A DNA stretch of 64,000 bases from Octopus sinensis (GCF_006345805.1 NC_042999.1:35030001-35094000), one strand, 5' to 3'. Positions 40,844-55,730 are shown, counted from the stretch's first letter. Notes: generated by a model from the sequence alone, not told the origin. Numbers and translations are program-made.

Positions 40844-43800
40844 TGTATATGTATATGTATATGTATATATATATATAGGTAGGTGGTAGGCAGTGTATTG
40901 TCTGTCAGACAGAACTCAAGTTCTTGCTGCTGTCTATTAACTACGTCGAGTAAAACCTAAAACTTATCAAGGGATACAGAAGTATTTAAAGCTTTCAAAA
41001 GCCATTGTCAGTGTGTAAACGCGGTCACAGCAGAGAAATTAAACGGTGATAGATTCAAGACTCGTTAGCAGTTAAACATTTTCGTTTGAAAGCGTCGCCA
41101 TTTTATGATAGTAATATTTTCTCTCTTTTTGGTAACATTAGAAATGTTTCACTCGACACACAATAGGCATAAATATTGGTTCGTAAAATGATCAATGTTA
41201 ACACAATAGTGTGCTTATGGGATTAAAATAATGCATGGTGAATCTCATATTTGCTATCTATTTGAAAAAATATATAATTCCTGCTCAACGTCCCTCGACG
41301 ACTATAGGTTGGTAAAGTAATATTCATCAATTAATAGTGTGGTCAGCAAATAAACCAATTCCAATTTCTTGTGTTGTCCCTTAAGGATTAATTTCTTTTT
41401 CTGTTTTTGTTTGTTTCCTTTCTGGCAACTGCTTTTATGCGTTGGTCACAGAATAACTTTCTCGTGGATTTTTTTTAATTACCATACTAGTTGCTGAACA
41501 ACCAGATATTCGAACTTTCCTGTATAAAATTATATCTTCTCCAATTGAGAATTTACTATATTTGCATGTCATTGACATATTTTCGTTTTCAGTAAATCTC
41601 ATTGGAATCATCTCATTGAAATCAGCTCTGCTTTCTTACACGTTTTTTTTTTTCGTTAGACCAGTGTATAGTTTTGGTTCTATTATTGTCCTCCCATCAC
41701 CAACCCCACTCTCGCCTTTAACAATGAAACTGCTGACTAACAAGTTAATATGTTTGTATCTATGTATGCGAGTATGTGTATACGTGCTTGCTAGAAGGAC
41801 CTTCTCTATATTTTTCTCTTTCCGTACTTCTTTATTTCCTTATTTCTCTTTATTTCTTCCGTCTTTCTCAACTTTTGGTTGTGTATATGCGTGAACATAC
41901 ATGATAGCCAGTCTTACACCAAGTTACTATTCGTTTCGCGTGTCATTACGCAAGACAATATTGACGACTTCTGAGACATGCTGGCCACACAACCTTTTAA
42001 ATGCTAGAAATGGAGTTGGTTCGCTTCATGGTGATAAAAAGTGAAACGAAATGATATAGCATTTTTGAGAGGGAAAGAAGAGTCCCCCCCACCATTGCAC
42101 GATTTCAGTTGTAGTTCAAGGAGGCCAGCTATACCTGCGTACTTTTTTCCGTTTTCTAGTCCGAAAACAGAGAGTAAACCATGTTGCCAAAAGTAATTCC
42201 CCATCGTGAGGGTAACAACTAAACATTTCGCTTTGTAGTTGAGGGAGGCACTCGGATCGGGTGAATATTTTAGAATTATTCTCCTCTCCGCCAAGTAATT
42301 CTTGCATAGCCTACTTCCGTCCATGTATGACCCACGTTGTTCCAGTAGCCTCCACTTGATTTTTCACGGCGCTTCCACGGCGCTTCATTCTCATTTAATT
42401 GCTACTACTATTGTAACGTTGAGGTTGTTTGGGATTCTGAAAGAGATTCTTGACTATTTAATCTGGTTTTAAAGGAACCTCCGTTACCCCAACATATTTC
42501 TGTGAGTGTGTGTGTCCCTCCGCTGTTGTTGTTACTACTGTTGTTGCACAGTACTCCTTCTGCTTCGTAGACTATGGTCTCAGTGTTGCATTGATATTTC
42601 ACTGGGCCCCTGATGTTAGGGGCTCTCACTAATATATTTTTGACACTAGACGCACAACTAGACGCTTATTGAATAATATCCCATGACTATAGGATTGTGT
42701 AAATACTTATTCACTAATTTAAAGGTAGCCCTTCCTACGCAGGTTTTCACAATGAGGAAAAGAGTGGGTGTAACGAGAGAATTCTCTGGTGGCGCTTTCT
42801 CTTGTGGATGCTAGGACCATGCATATAGTTGATGTGGCCCTTAAACACGCTGGGTGCTAGAGTTTTGTTGTAATTGGTGGGGCGCTGCAACAAAATTGTC
42901 ATTGTTCAAGGATAGCTTCTACATCCTCTTATTGACACTTTGTACACGGTTTCTAAACACTATGGGTGGCAGGGAGAAGTCTGGATGTATGACACACTTT
43001 TATTGGGCTTGCGGTACCAGTGACTAAATCGAACGCTACGCCTAAGAAATGTACAATAATAATGCTAGTCTCTATGGTCATTTTATTTCCTGGGAAGTTA
43101 AAAGCTTGAATTAAGTTTTTCTTATGCCTCTAGAGATGGCTTAAGCATCATCCTTACATATAGGCTACAACAGTTTGACGGGGGTTTCTTATTGCGGTTA
43201 TCAAGACTAAATGATCTTTGATGATCGTTGTCGAATGACCCCATGGCCATATTGAAGCAGTCTTCTTGGTTTGGTCTGACCTTCTTGAAATCGCTCAGTG
43301 GGAAATATCTCTTCTTTCCTCTCCAGAAATTTTATATCATTTCGTTCCGCTTTTTTATCTCCACCAAGAGAACTTGTTCTGCATATTCACCGCTAGCATT
43401 AAAGAGATCATGTATGCTTTCGGTCAACATGTCTGAGGAGTCGTCATCGATATTGGCAAGTGCACACGAAAACAATTGTAACTTTCAGTTGTCACATTAA
43501 ATGTCATAACCAGGGATGTACTAATCTCAAATTCACTTTTAAAGTATGGAGAGTACTTTTTTCCTGACTTATGCACACTTAACCAATATGTGTGTGTATG
43601 TGTGTACGTGTGAGAGGGGGGAAGAGAGAGAGAGTGTGTGTGTGCGTGTGCATTTATATGCGTGCGAGCGAGCGTAAGTGTGTGCATGTACGCAATTTTC
43701 GATCTTATCCCTGCTGCTTGGATATAATTTCAACTAGCGATATCAGTGAATTACTACCAGAAAATTAAAATTCCTTTAATATGGTATTCAAGACTGAATT

Positions 43801-45595
43801 CGAAATGAGAAATACCCTTCTAGCGAAATAAGAGTTATTCTTCGCAGTTAAGTAAACACACGCACAAACACACAGAGTCAGATGAACACACACATACACA
43901 CACACAGAGTCAGATGAACACATAGACATACAATTTCCTTATTTACACACACACACACACATACTGTATAAACCCGGTGTAAGCAATGTTAGCCATTATT
44001 CTGTTCTCAGTTTTCGGTTGGTTGGCTTTTCTCTGTCCATGTTCTGGTTCATTGGTTACTGAAAGATATCCGATTTACATAGCTTTGTTGCATTTCCGCT
44101 TCACCGAGTAATTTTCGGTGCATTTCTTCGACGCCATTACTATTTCTCCGCATCTATTGTAACTACATCTCTCAGTTTATAATTATATAATTATATCTGA
44201 AATACACAACCTTATTATTAAACTGGTATAATACTGTTGCATCATGTTGCTTTCATTCGTTTCGTCCAACCAACGAAATACAGATGGCCAATATTACATC
44301 TAATAATTTTCTCTGGAAAACTGATTAAGTCTTTTTGAAGCATGAAAATCACTTATAATCCAAGTATTATTGGTGATGTTTACGTATTTTAGTATATGTT
44401 TACATCAATAATGACACACTGCAACCTCTATAAACAGAGGCCAAATAAAAGATACATTTAGCAATAATCTAATACTAACATTAACCTAAAAGTAAATGGT
44501 GAGAATATGCTTTGTTTTATTTTAGGTTTGGTAAGAGTTAATATAAGAAAGATAATTGGATATATATACAAATAAAGAAAATTAAATAAGGCCTCGGAAT
44601 AATCTATTATTAATACTCGAGAATTTCCATACACGTTCACTTGGTTATCATTGATAATCTTGCTATATGAAAGGGAAAATCAATCGATTTTGGCTCAGAT
44701 TCGAATAATCATTCTTAGAGAAAACAATGGAATTACAGAAAGTATAGTATCTCTTGCAGTACTTAGCTACACTCCGTTATATTCTGAGTTCAAATCCTGT
44801 TGGGGACAACTTGGCCTTTCGTATTTTGAGATCGCTGAAAGATATGCCAGCCATATTTTGGTGTGTATAATGAACTTTATCTCATACTGTTCTACGACTA
44901 GGGACGTACAAGGCTATTTTCTACATATGTTTAGTGACTGCGTATTTGACTTCTTGAAAATAGTGTAACCAGGATATATCCTGTTGAGAGAAAAGATTAA
45001 ACTGTTTGGGAAAGAGTATAACTTGCTTTGTAAGGCATTGTTTGGTGTTAATGGAAGAAATATCATAAGGGCCAGTGACCTTATTTGTTTGAAGAACTTA
45101 GTGGTATTGTTCCTGATGTCGCTGTACAACGACATGAGGCGTTCAAGATGTGACCTTTCTGTATTTCATACCAGATGTAATGTACCCAGGGACCTCTCTA
45201 TCTATTTGTCTTCTGGGTTGTTAAAGTTGCTGGTCAAATGCGATATATTTTGCTATTATACATGCTCCACGTTTGACTCAAATCTCTCGTTGTTTGAGAA
45301 CCTGTAAGTTTTGTACAGTTGTGAGAGAATATTCTATAGTAAGATTGATGAGATGAAGATAGAACGATTCGGAAGAATTTGTTTTTGAGGAATTGTTTGT
45401 GCTGAATGCAAAAACCATTTGGGACCGTTTTATATGGAAATACTACTTGGGAGTAATCAGAGGTGATGGCTATGAGTAGGCACATTCTACAAAATTGGTA
45501 CAGCTTATCTCGACGCGTCTTGATATGCGACAGAAAGAACTGCAATTTCCGAAGGCTTAAAAGGCTGCAAAATGTGGCACGAATGAAGTCATTCT

Positions 45596-45765
45596 ATGCA
45601 AGAATTTTGATGTTTGTTCTAAGTTACCCATGCAAGAATTTTGATGTTTGTTCTAAGTTACCCATGCAAGAATTTTGATGTTTGTTCTAAGTTACCCATG
45701 CAAGAATTTTGATGTTTGTTCTAAGTTACCCATGCAAGAATTTTGATGTTTGTTCTAAGTTACCC
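45596..45765. repeat. Minisatellite, 5 identical copies of a 34-bp unit
   Basis: ATGCAAGAATTTTGATGTTTGTTCTAAGTTACCC at 45596, 45630, 45664, 45698 and 45732, with no spacers. Confidence 0.98.
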
Positions 45766-46439
45766 AAGTAATAGAGGTTTATGAGTTTCTTCATGCTCTG
45801 TAAACTGTGTTCGTTTGTATTGTTGTAGTGTATAAATACAGTTGTGATAGTGATTGTAAGTTGTATAGGTGTTAAAGGTAGGTGGGTTTGTCGTGTATTG
45901 TAAACTGTGTAAAATGTTTCCTTAACATGCCCTACTGTACTGAAACAATATACACTAAGAATACGGAGGGGCAGTTAGTTTTAAGGTATTTAATTGTGTA
46001 AATGACGTAACCAAAATTCTCCGATAGTCTGGATGGGGTAACAGTGAACCACATCTACTACGAAGATCATTACGCATAAAACAGGTAAAAATCCAAACAT
46101 TTGTTTGACGTGATTTAACGAACGAAAAGTTTCGATGATGTGGAGGGGGTCTTTCGCGTATATTGAGGCATGAAGGGCAGCTTTGAATTATTAAAAGCCA
46201 CAGGAACCTTTTGGGCCGGTGTTTTTGAGGTTTGAGTATCTGTTAGTCGGTAGTGATTCTAAACGTTGCGCAGGGTAGAGAAAGGTAAGAAATTTAGTTT
46301 CTCTTCAGGGACCACGGTGTTGGAGGAAAACAAGATTAAAGAATTATTATTTGTAAACAGTGAAATTACTATTTTTTTAGTATAAAAAAGAAATATTGTG
46401 TTGAATGAAAAGTTTTGCGATATAGTTAGTAACTTAATA

Positions 46440-46915
46440 GAAGTGCTTAAGAAAGGCATAGCAACCGACGGGCTGGCAGCGAGAATGGCTTTGGACCAAA
46501 TCTTCAACACTAAACACAAATAATGCATTGTCAGAGTCAAGGTGCGTACTCTCAGACAAGAAGGAACGAAATCCACTCGATGGGCCCGAGTGGCAGAGGC
46601 ACAACGTGGCAACAAATCCACAATTTGGTTTTTAGTGAACCAAAATGGACGTACGGTACTCGAGTCCGAACAGATAGATGCGACTTTTCAGCAGCACTTT
46701 GCCCAGCTGTTTGTGACGAATGGCAATCCGGAACGCAGGATGTTCTTTAATGCCTACCTCAAAAACATGCCACGACTCTCGGCAAGGGGTGATGGGGCGA
46801 AGTGTTGCAAAATGCCGATAACTGCCGCAGAAATACGGAATGAGATGGTGGATTGCTCAGCGGTAGAGAAATTCGCCTGGTTTGGATGATCTGCCCTACG
46901 AGCTTTACTGTATGC
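46440..46915 (+). mobile_element. L1/Tx1-clade LINE ORF2 fragment (EN-RT linker)
   Basis: FQQHFAQLF..PITAAEI..K(S)PGLDDLPYELY (compare KSPGxDGLPxEFY). Confidence 0.75.
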
Positions 46916-49164
46916 TTTCGTTTAATCCATGTTGGCATAGGAAACGGATCTAGTTCTATGAGTCTTAGCTATGTGTATTCGTTAGTTGGTCTTGGTTTTT
47001 TTCTGTTGTGTTTAAAGTACTCAAAATGGATGTTCAGAAGTAAGTATTTTTCCTGCTCTCAATGAATATTTATTCGATCCAAGGAAACAGTTTCCTGGTA
47101 TAGGTCTCCTGTATCATTGCCTCTATCTGCGAATATATTAGTATTTTGTGAAGTCATTGAATTATCAAGTGTAACTTCAATAATGCTGTGGAAATTATTA
47201 TACTACTTTTCTTGAACAGAAGTGAGCTGATCTATACTACCTGTTCTTATAAACATTTCTGTATGTTTAAAACATTTTTTTTTTGTAATCGCGGGAGAAA
47301 TTAAGGTTGTATTAACACGCCAAGATTCTTTGAATAATTCTTAGTCATCTCTTTAATAAAAAGATTATCTGAATCTCCAACAAATTAAATCGAAGCTTAA
47401 GCTTACTTAAACTAAATTAAACTATTAAATTATTAATGAAACTAATGATTGAATTAATAATTAAATTTAATTATTTATGCCCAATTCTCTTTTGTTTATT
47501 CTAATACAATATTTGACAATCTGATTATATTTATCGAAGCCGTTTATTAACATATTATTCACAAAATTCAAGTTATTTATATGATGCATTCTGTTCAAGT
47601 TAATAGCCTTGTGCTGCTGCTGCTATGTTCTTTTTTTATTTGGACAAAACAACGAATATTTCTCTCAAACTGCCTGTTTCTTTTATTTTATCTTTCATAA
47701 GAAAAGGCTTTCCTCGAAGAAGCTCAAAAGTAACAAATATAATACTTTTTTTCTTTGGACGAGAATGCCGTTAGCTATATTGCTGCTCGGTTATTGCACT
47801 ACCTAATGCAAAATATTCCCAGGATCATTCAGATAATGTGGACGTTGATATGTGAATAACGATGCTACTTGGTTAAAGAGGTAATCAATAGAAACCACTG
47901 TTATTTATACAAATATTCTACCTTTAAGCATACATATAACTCTTATAACATGAGGACGTTGGTAAATCCTAAATTTAACACAAAGATTCTAATGCAATAT
48001 ATTCAGCTAATAAAGAAATATCTGGAGCATACAAAAAACAGGAGCGTAAAGAACCAAAAAGGAAAACGTTTTTGATATTGGGATTTACTGACTTTCAGTT
48101 ATAACTGACAAACTTACATTGCTGAAAACATTAATATGATTTATATGTCCCTTAATTTAGCGACGTGGAAAAGTTAATTTGATTTTGTTTTTGTTGTGAA
48201 GGTCGTCTCTCGAATGATGTATGATATTAGTAGTTGCAGAAATTTGTACTTCAATAGCTGCAGATCTATGTTTGATGTAATAATTCGTTGCATCCGACCA
48301 CGGTTGCATGCGGCATAGAAGCGTGTGTATATATTACACAATTATAGAGTGGAAAGAAAAAAATATATATACGATATCTTTAGTGGGGAAAGGTAAATTA
48401 TTAAAAGGCCTGGAATCCAGGTGGGTGATAAACGTTGGTATAGTAAAAACTTGTAAATTTTTTTTAGTGAACTCAGCTACAGTTGGAGGCAGTGTCCGAG
48501 TTGCCGGTAAAAGTCTACCTTATTTGGTTCCAAAGCTGCTATGGAAATACTTCAGAGATAGTTATCTGTCCATCGCTGCTTTACCTCTTGTGACTCACGC
48601 TGTCATGATGACTCACCGCACTATGACTCCATATTAATGTCAGATCTGTATCAACTGAGCCTGCTGACTAACATGTAAGCTCATCTATGAAACACGCTAC
48701 TTAAGAGTAATATTCTTTACTATACTGTGGGGATGACTTGCTGATTAGAGACAAGGGCACATTTGCTAAGTGATGACAAAGGCTCATTTGTTACGGTCGA
48801 CAATCTAGTTGATTTGTCGCACAGAAAATAATACAGGTATGTCTATTGGTACCAATGTGTCTGAGAGTGTGATCAGCTGTTGCATTATTCGTTTGGACCG
48901 AAAGTTGATAATGTGGGCAACTTTACTGATGTGAAACTATTCGTTAGGTGTCATACCGTTATTTAAATATACAAACTAAACATTTAAAGATCTACTCTCT
49001 AGTGACAAGCTGCTTCCAATATAACAGGATAATATTTTGGCCAAATGTTAAAAATAGGAATAGAACATACTCAATGAAATTTTATAAACATTTTGTTGAA
49101 ATCATAATGTTACAGAATGAATATAAAAGTATTCTTTTATCTTATGTACTAGGCGTACATTTAT

Positions 49165-49384
49165 TACTCTATTTCATAGATGAAATAGAAGGCTTCAGTG
49201 AAGGAGTTCTTCACCTCGAAGGACAAGAACTGGTATCAGAGTGAGATCAAAGAACTGGCGGAAAGATTTCTTCAGACGCTGCAACAGGAAGGCCTCTACT
49301 TTGAATACTAGGCTGCTTTTGTTGTAACTTCACGAATAAAGCAAATGAGTTAAAATATTGTTAAACGTTTGACTCAACACTATA
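49165..49384 (+). mobile_element. Mariner 3' end fragment
   Basis: FFTSKDKNWYQSEIKELAERFLQTLQQEGLYFEY*, followed by a TIR-like end plus TA. Confidence 0.7.
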
Positions 49385-49533
49385 TTTCAAATAATATATA
49401 TATATATATATAAAGTGTCTTACTCAAGGATACAACGCATCGCCGGGAATCGAACTCACGACCTTACAATCGTGAGCCGAATGCCCTAACCACTAAACCA
49501 AGCGCCTTCACACACACACACACACGTCCGCAT

Positions 49534-49599
<66 letters not shown>

Positions 49600-49645
49600 A
49601 TCGATTAAGGAAACAGAAGATGCAATTGGTATCAGTCTTTATTCA

Positions 49646-49749
49646 GCACGACGATCGTTTCGACCCATCCTGCGACTGTCCTTTATGGGTGGGATGTTGT
49701 GCATCATATTGTGCTGCATCAATTTTAGAGTCTGTGTCACGTCAGGTAC
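49646..49749 (-). ncRNA. Type I hammerhead motif (A9U variant, long stem II insert), left arm of an inverted pair
   Basis: GTAC CTGACGT GACACA..TGGGTC GAAA CGATCG TC GTGC, with palindromic stem III ACGATCGT. Confidence 0.7.
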
Positions 49750-50915
49750 ATGCATGCATAAAATGGGATCCCGCTAAAATATCGACCAGATGCATGCACG
49801 CAAATAAGCACACCTTCACACAATATGATTGAAATAACACCTAACAAATACAAAGTAAACACAAAAAAAACATATATAACCCCGACAACTTGAATTCACC
49901 GCTTCCCCACCCCTGAGCGACAGTTTCATGAACAACAATCCCTGGAACTTATACCACGGAAAAACCGGATGATAATACTACAACGTATACTATGTAAACT
50001 TAGACAGCATACTCTAGTTATAAATACTCAATATATCTCTTATAACAAGTCATTGATATTATTATTGATATTATTATCATTGATATTATTATTGAATATG
50101 ACATAAAAAAATGGATGTACAATCTTTGCTATTCTATATCTTAAACATGTTGTGAAGTGTGTCCAAACTTTTGATATGTTTGTATATGTTTGTATATGTT
50201 TATATATTTATATATGTTCATATATGACACTTTCAGAATGCGATCGTAGACTGAATAACTACAGAGCCAAAAATATGCTTAAATATGCTCGTGCATGTTT
50301 ACATATTTATACATATTCATTTATGATACTTTCTGAAAGCGACCGAATGTCACTAAAGTATATTAACAAAAACGTAATGAAATGAATAACTAAAGAGACA
50401 AAAAGAATACATATGTGTGTATATGTACACAATGACATTGATGGATATGTTTATGTATTGGTGTATATGTACGTGTACGTATGTGTGTGTATGTGTATAT
50501 ATATGTACATGCGTATGTATGTGTGGGTGTGTGGATGTAGGGCTTGGCAGGTGGATATGTGTACGTTTGGCAGGTGGATATGTATAGGAGTGGATATGTG
50601 TACGTTTGCATGTGTACAGATGCATGTAGGTATCCATTGATATGTATGTATATGTGTATTTATGTATGCGTGTATATACGTGTGCGTAGGTATTTGTGTA
50701 TACTTATGCATATGTATATGTGGATATACGTGTGTCAGTGCGCACACATGCACACACATATACGCACTGGCACGCGATGTGTATATGTATGTACGTATGT
50801 ATGTATGCTTTTATGTATGTATGTATGTATGTATGTATGTATGAGCAGATTTGTATGTTTTATGTATACATTCTCATCTATATAGTTGCATATCTAGATA
50901 TACTCATATATATTT

Positions 50916-51912
50916 AAATGATAAACTTCTGGAAAGTTTTACAGAATATTACAGTTCTAGTGATGGATTGGATCTGTAGTCTTCGAATTAGCTTTCTCCT
51001 TTCTGGATTTGAGAAGCCTAATTTCTCAAGATTCGTATTTAAACCTGAACTTGTAATCTGGATAGAGTAACTGCAGATTTCTCAATAGTTCAGCATAGGT
51101 GTTCTTTTCACTGATCTGCTTTATGTTAATTTCCACAACTTTGCACAGTTTCTCTTCTCTATCCGAAATCATTATATCAGGTCTGTTATGCTTACATTTT
51201 ATAGAGGTCTTCACTGTTACATTCCACCAGTATTCCTTTTTGTTATGAGTGGCTATGGCTTCAACCATATTGTAGGTTCTTATTTCTTTGTCCTCAAGAT
51301 TATCCTTCCGAAGGATTTCATTATAGTGTCCTAGCTACAACATGATGTATCATCGATAGATAATACCATGATGATATTTTCGGACAACTGCTTATGATGA
51401 GGGTGATATCTTCAGTGCACTTTAGAAAATCTGCATCGGTTGACACGTTTTACTGCTTTTCCTGCCTTTCTATATGTTTAGTGCATCAGGTACTTGGTTT
51501 ATATTTTCTATTCCTGGATTGCAAACGTATACCCTTCAAAGTGGGAGGTAGTAATTCGGCTGTGGGTCCATGATAAACTGCTTTGATGATTGATGTTACT
51601 ACCATCACGGAGCTCTCTGCTAACATATCCATGCATAGTCTTCTGCTCATACAGGCTCATCCTTTCATCTGATGATACGTTGCCGTAGAGTCGTCCGATT
51701 TCTTTAGGCATATATTCTAGGTTATTAGACAAAGACCGTTGCTCAAGGAGCTGCCTTCCAAGTCTTATGATATTATCAGCCCCATGTATGCAAACTTAGT
51801 CAAGGGATGCACTTTGACACTTGGTGGTTAAAAGATGTTCCCGAAGAGATATGATACGACATTCAACGGCATTTTCGATCGATGTTAAGCCTCTGTCGCC
51901 TTCTTTTCGTTA
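50916..51912 (-). mobile_element. Degraded 3' part of a divergent R4/Dong-like RLE element in TA/TG repeats
   Basis: KEGDRGLTSIEN, MHGYV..SLSW..SHFEGYTFAIQE and EYWWNVTVKTSIKCKHNRPDIMI..YAELLRNLQLLYPDYKF. Confidence 0.82.
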
Positions 51913-51993
51913 TGTATGTATTGATATATATGTGCATGTGTGTGTATAGATAGTTTGTGTGTATATGTATATGGGTACGTATGTATATATATA

Positions 51994-52042
<49 letters not shown>

Positions 52043-52673
52043 GTGTGTAAGTATGTGGGTGTATAAATATACAATGGTATACGTATAGAGTTAAATATGC
52101 CACTATGAGTGTATACACGTGTATACATATACTTCTATACATACGAGTGTGTCAGGTCATCTGTGACTGATGGATGAAACTACAACGAAGCGTACCATAG
52201 ATAAAGCACACACGACACCTACCAAGACCCCGCCTTGATCTTAAAGTAACTGTGACGACAGATCTTTACAGTCGTTATCTGATGGTTATAAATCGTAGGA
52301 CAGTAAGAGTTTACGGCGTACGTGGGTCAGAGTAACCGTGGGTACCCACATCTCTGTATGGATGTGTGTGTATGTGTCTATACACATTCCCCGTGTTAGC
52401 AAGTGTAGTACCTCATCTCTCATTAAACTTAATGCATCTAATCCTTCTTTAATAGGCCTCACTTTATATTTCTTTCTCATATACTTTCTCTTGTATATTT
52501 TGTTTTCTACAGTTTATATGTTTATATTTACAATTTATTTACAATTTATTTGTTGTGAATATTTAGCATAAAGGCAATTGTAGCAAAGCTACATTCTCTA
52601 ATAAGGTGAGCAAAAAGCAACATGACTGCCTGAACTCAATATTTTTTAGCGAAACACCACTTTATGTATGCGT

Positions 52674-52777
52674 GTACCTGACGTGGCCCAGACGGCAAAA
52701 TTGGTGCGATACAATATAATGCACAGCATCCCAACCACAAAGGACACTCGCAGGATGGGTCGAGACGATCGTCGTAC
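52674..52777 (+). ncRNA. Sister hammerhead (A9U variant), right arm of the inverted pair
   Basis: GTAC CTGACGT GGCCCA..TGGGTC GAGA CGATCG TC GTAC. Region 52660-52820 is the inverted homolog of 49600-49765. Confidence 0.68.
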
Positions 52778-53059
52778 GGAACGAAGATTAATTCCAGATC
52801 CATCTTCTGTTTCTTGAATCAATTATTACCTGAACTAACCCTTTGGAATTCCTGAGGTAAATCCAACGAAAATATAACCCAATTGCGGATGACACCAGAT
52901 AGCTCAAACCGTGCTAGTGCTTTACTCAACATGTCAACACACGAATTGATATATAGCCATTAGTCCAAAAGTTATATATATATATATGTATATACATTTA
53001 TACATAGTATATATATACTATATGCATTTATATATAGTATATATAAAAATTGAATAAAT

Positions 53060-53279
53060 GCACCCTTTTAAAGCCTAGTTTCAATGGAGTATGTGTTCCC
53101 CAGCTGGATGGGACGCCAGTCCATTGCAGCGTTACTCATTTTTGCCAGCGGAGTGGACTGGAGCAACGTGAAATGAAGTGTTTTGCTCAAGCACACAACG
53201 CGTTGCCCGGTTCAGGAATCGAAACCACATCTTACGATCATGATGCTGACACCCTAACCACTAAACCACGCGCCTCCAC
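53060..53279 (-). mobile_element. tRNA-derived SINE family D (partial copy also at ~49415-49510)
   Basis: Head GTGGAGGCGCGTGGTTTAGTGGTTAGGG..GTTTCGATTCC and body CTGCAATGGACTGGCGTCCCATCCAG. Confidence 0.8.
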
Positions 53280-53326
53280 ATACACACACACACACACACA
53301 TATATTATATATATAATATATATATA

Positions 53327-53370
<44 letters not shown>

Positions 53371-53694
53371 CTATATATATATACACATACATATATATAT
53401 ATATATATAATATATATTATATATATATATATGTGTGTGTGTATATATATATACATATATACATAATATATATATATATGTGTGTGTGCGTGTGTGTGTG
53501 TATACATGCGGCTGTGTGCGTTTGGGCGTGTATTATGTATATACATTGGTATGCGTCTGTATCTTTCTTATGTATGTGTGTGTGAGTGCGTGTGTGTGTG
53601 AAAGTGCGTGTGTGTGTGTGCATATATTTTTCTGCTGAAGTACGATTTTGGCAAGTATTTTGAAGTTTAGTGTAAACTGTAAACTGCCTTTCTC

Positions 53695-54068
53695 TTTATC
53701 TTTTATCTTTAACTTGTTTCGGTCATTAGACTAGGGCCATACTGGGGCACCACCTTGAAGCCTGGTAGTTATTCTATCAGACATTGTTTGTCGAACTGCT
53801 AAGGTTGCGGGGACATAAACATACCTATATGGGTTGGCTAGCGGTCATGAGGTACAAACACAGAGACAAAGATACACACACACATAGATACGACAGGCTT
53901 CTTTTAGTTTCCGTCTAAAAAATCCACACATCGCAGCCTTTTTTGTTTTTGTTTTTTGCCCGAGGCTGCTGTAGAAAACACTTTTCCAAGCTACAAGACA
54001 CTGGGATTGAACCCGAAACCATTTGGTTGAGAAGCAAACTTCTTAACACGCAGCCAGGCCTGCGCCCA
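53695..54068 (-). mobile_element. SINE family B, old copy
   Basis: Diverged match to 54318-54707. Confidence 0.75.
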
Positions 54069-54317
54069 TATTCCCGAAGTATATTTCACAGACATTTAGA
54101 ATAATCAAATGATGATGAGCGTCTGACTTGAATGTTTCCAAAATATTGAATTCAGGTAATTGCACTTCAATACAGGAAATTACAACATGCGTTAAAATTA
54201 CTCACAAGGTACAAATGTATGTATGTGTATACGTGTACATATATGCGTATACATTTATGTATGGCTGAATCTGTGCACATATGTACGTACGTATGTGTAT
54301 ATTCTTTTATTCTTTTG

Positions 54318-54705
54318 TTCTTTTACTTGTTTCAGTCATTTGACTGCGGCCATGCTGGAGCACTGCCTTTAGTCGAGCAAATCGACCCCAAGACTTATAC
54401 TTTGTAAGCCTAGTACTTATTCTATCGGTCTCTTTAGCCAAACCGCTAAGTTACGGGGACGTAAACACACCAGCATCGGTTGTCAAGCGATGTTGGGGGG
54501 GGGACAAACGCAGACACACAAACATATACACACACATACATATATATACGACGGGCTTCTTTTCAATTTCCGTCTACCAAATCCACTCACAGGGCTTTGG
54601 TCGGCCCGAGGCTATAGTAGAAGACACTTGCCCAAGGTGCCACGCAGTGGGACTGAACCCAGAACCATGTGGATGGTAAGCAAGCTACTTGCCACACAGC
54701 CACTC

Positions 54706-54707
<2 letters not shown>
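54318..54707 (-). mobile_element. SINE family B, near full length
   Basis: tRNA-like head, ACCTTGGGCAAGT block, internal TA/TG microsatellite and family tail. Confidence 0.92.
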
Positions 54708-54775
<68 letters not shown>

Positions 54776-55336
54776 TGTGTGTGTTTGTTTGCGTGTAATT
54801 ACTGACATATGGACTCAACCACTTACACGTCCGTTCAGCAAATGCATGTAGTATATTTGATCGAACAACTGAAAGCTCATCGTCGCAACTGGCGGAGGAA
54901 CTACAAAATGTACGTATGCTTATTTTCTTGGTTTATCTCCATATTTCCCTTTTGCAGCAAAGATTATATTTCAATAGGAAAACGAAGAGAAAGGAAGAAA
55001 CATATGGGAAAGAGCAACAAAAATGAAGACAACGGAATTCAAAAGAAGAAAAAAATAAATAAATTGAAAAGAAAATATAAGACTGAGAAAGAAGATAATA
55101 GGTCTTTTATTCCGTAGCAAAGTGTCCTGCATAAGGCCTTGTGGCCACACAATGAAAGTGAATTATGGAATATTGAAAGCAACGCATTTATAGATTTTAG
55201 TAAATGGCATATAGTCTGGAAGGTTATTTAACGAGTAGGAAAGAAGAAAAACATTAAACAGAATATGTTGTTACCATTTTGTTTCTGTCAATGATACTCT
55301 TGAGAAACACGTGAACCTTAGGACGTATGATTTTTC

Positions 55337-55352
55337 TTCTCTCTTACACTCT

Positions 55353-55396
<44 letters not shown>

Positions 55397-55441
55397 TCCC
55401 TTGTTCTTTTTATTTCTTTTTGTCACAATCCATCAATATTT

Positions 55442-55490
<49 letters not shown>

Positions 55491-55644
55491 ACCTCTCTCT
55501 TTCTCTCAAATTCTTAGTTGCCCTCTCAGTATCGATAATATTGAGGAAAATCATGAATCCAAACACAAAAGCGTCACACCCTTTACATTTTTCTTTCTTT
55601 CTGTTACCTTTCGCTCTCTCACTCTCTCTCCCTCTCTTCCCTCC

Positions 55645-55680
<36 letters not shown>

Positions 55681-55700
55681 CTCTCTCTCTCTCTCTCTCT
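55337..55700. repeat. Interrupted (CT)n tracts
   Basis: Direct reading. Confidence 0.9.
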
Positions 55701-55730
55701 TTCGCTCAATCTAGATAAATCTCTTCAGAA

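Noticed and set aside
42004-43500. Higher-complexity region with several short ORFs
   Set aside because: No recognisable domain, and stops throughout; probably an old TE that I cannot assign.
45596-45765. CRISPR-sized 34-bp repeats
   Set aside because: The units are contiguous with no spacers, there are no cas genes, and the context is eukaryotic.
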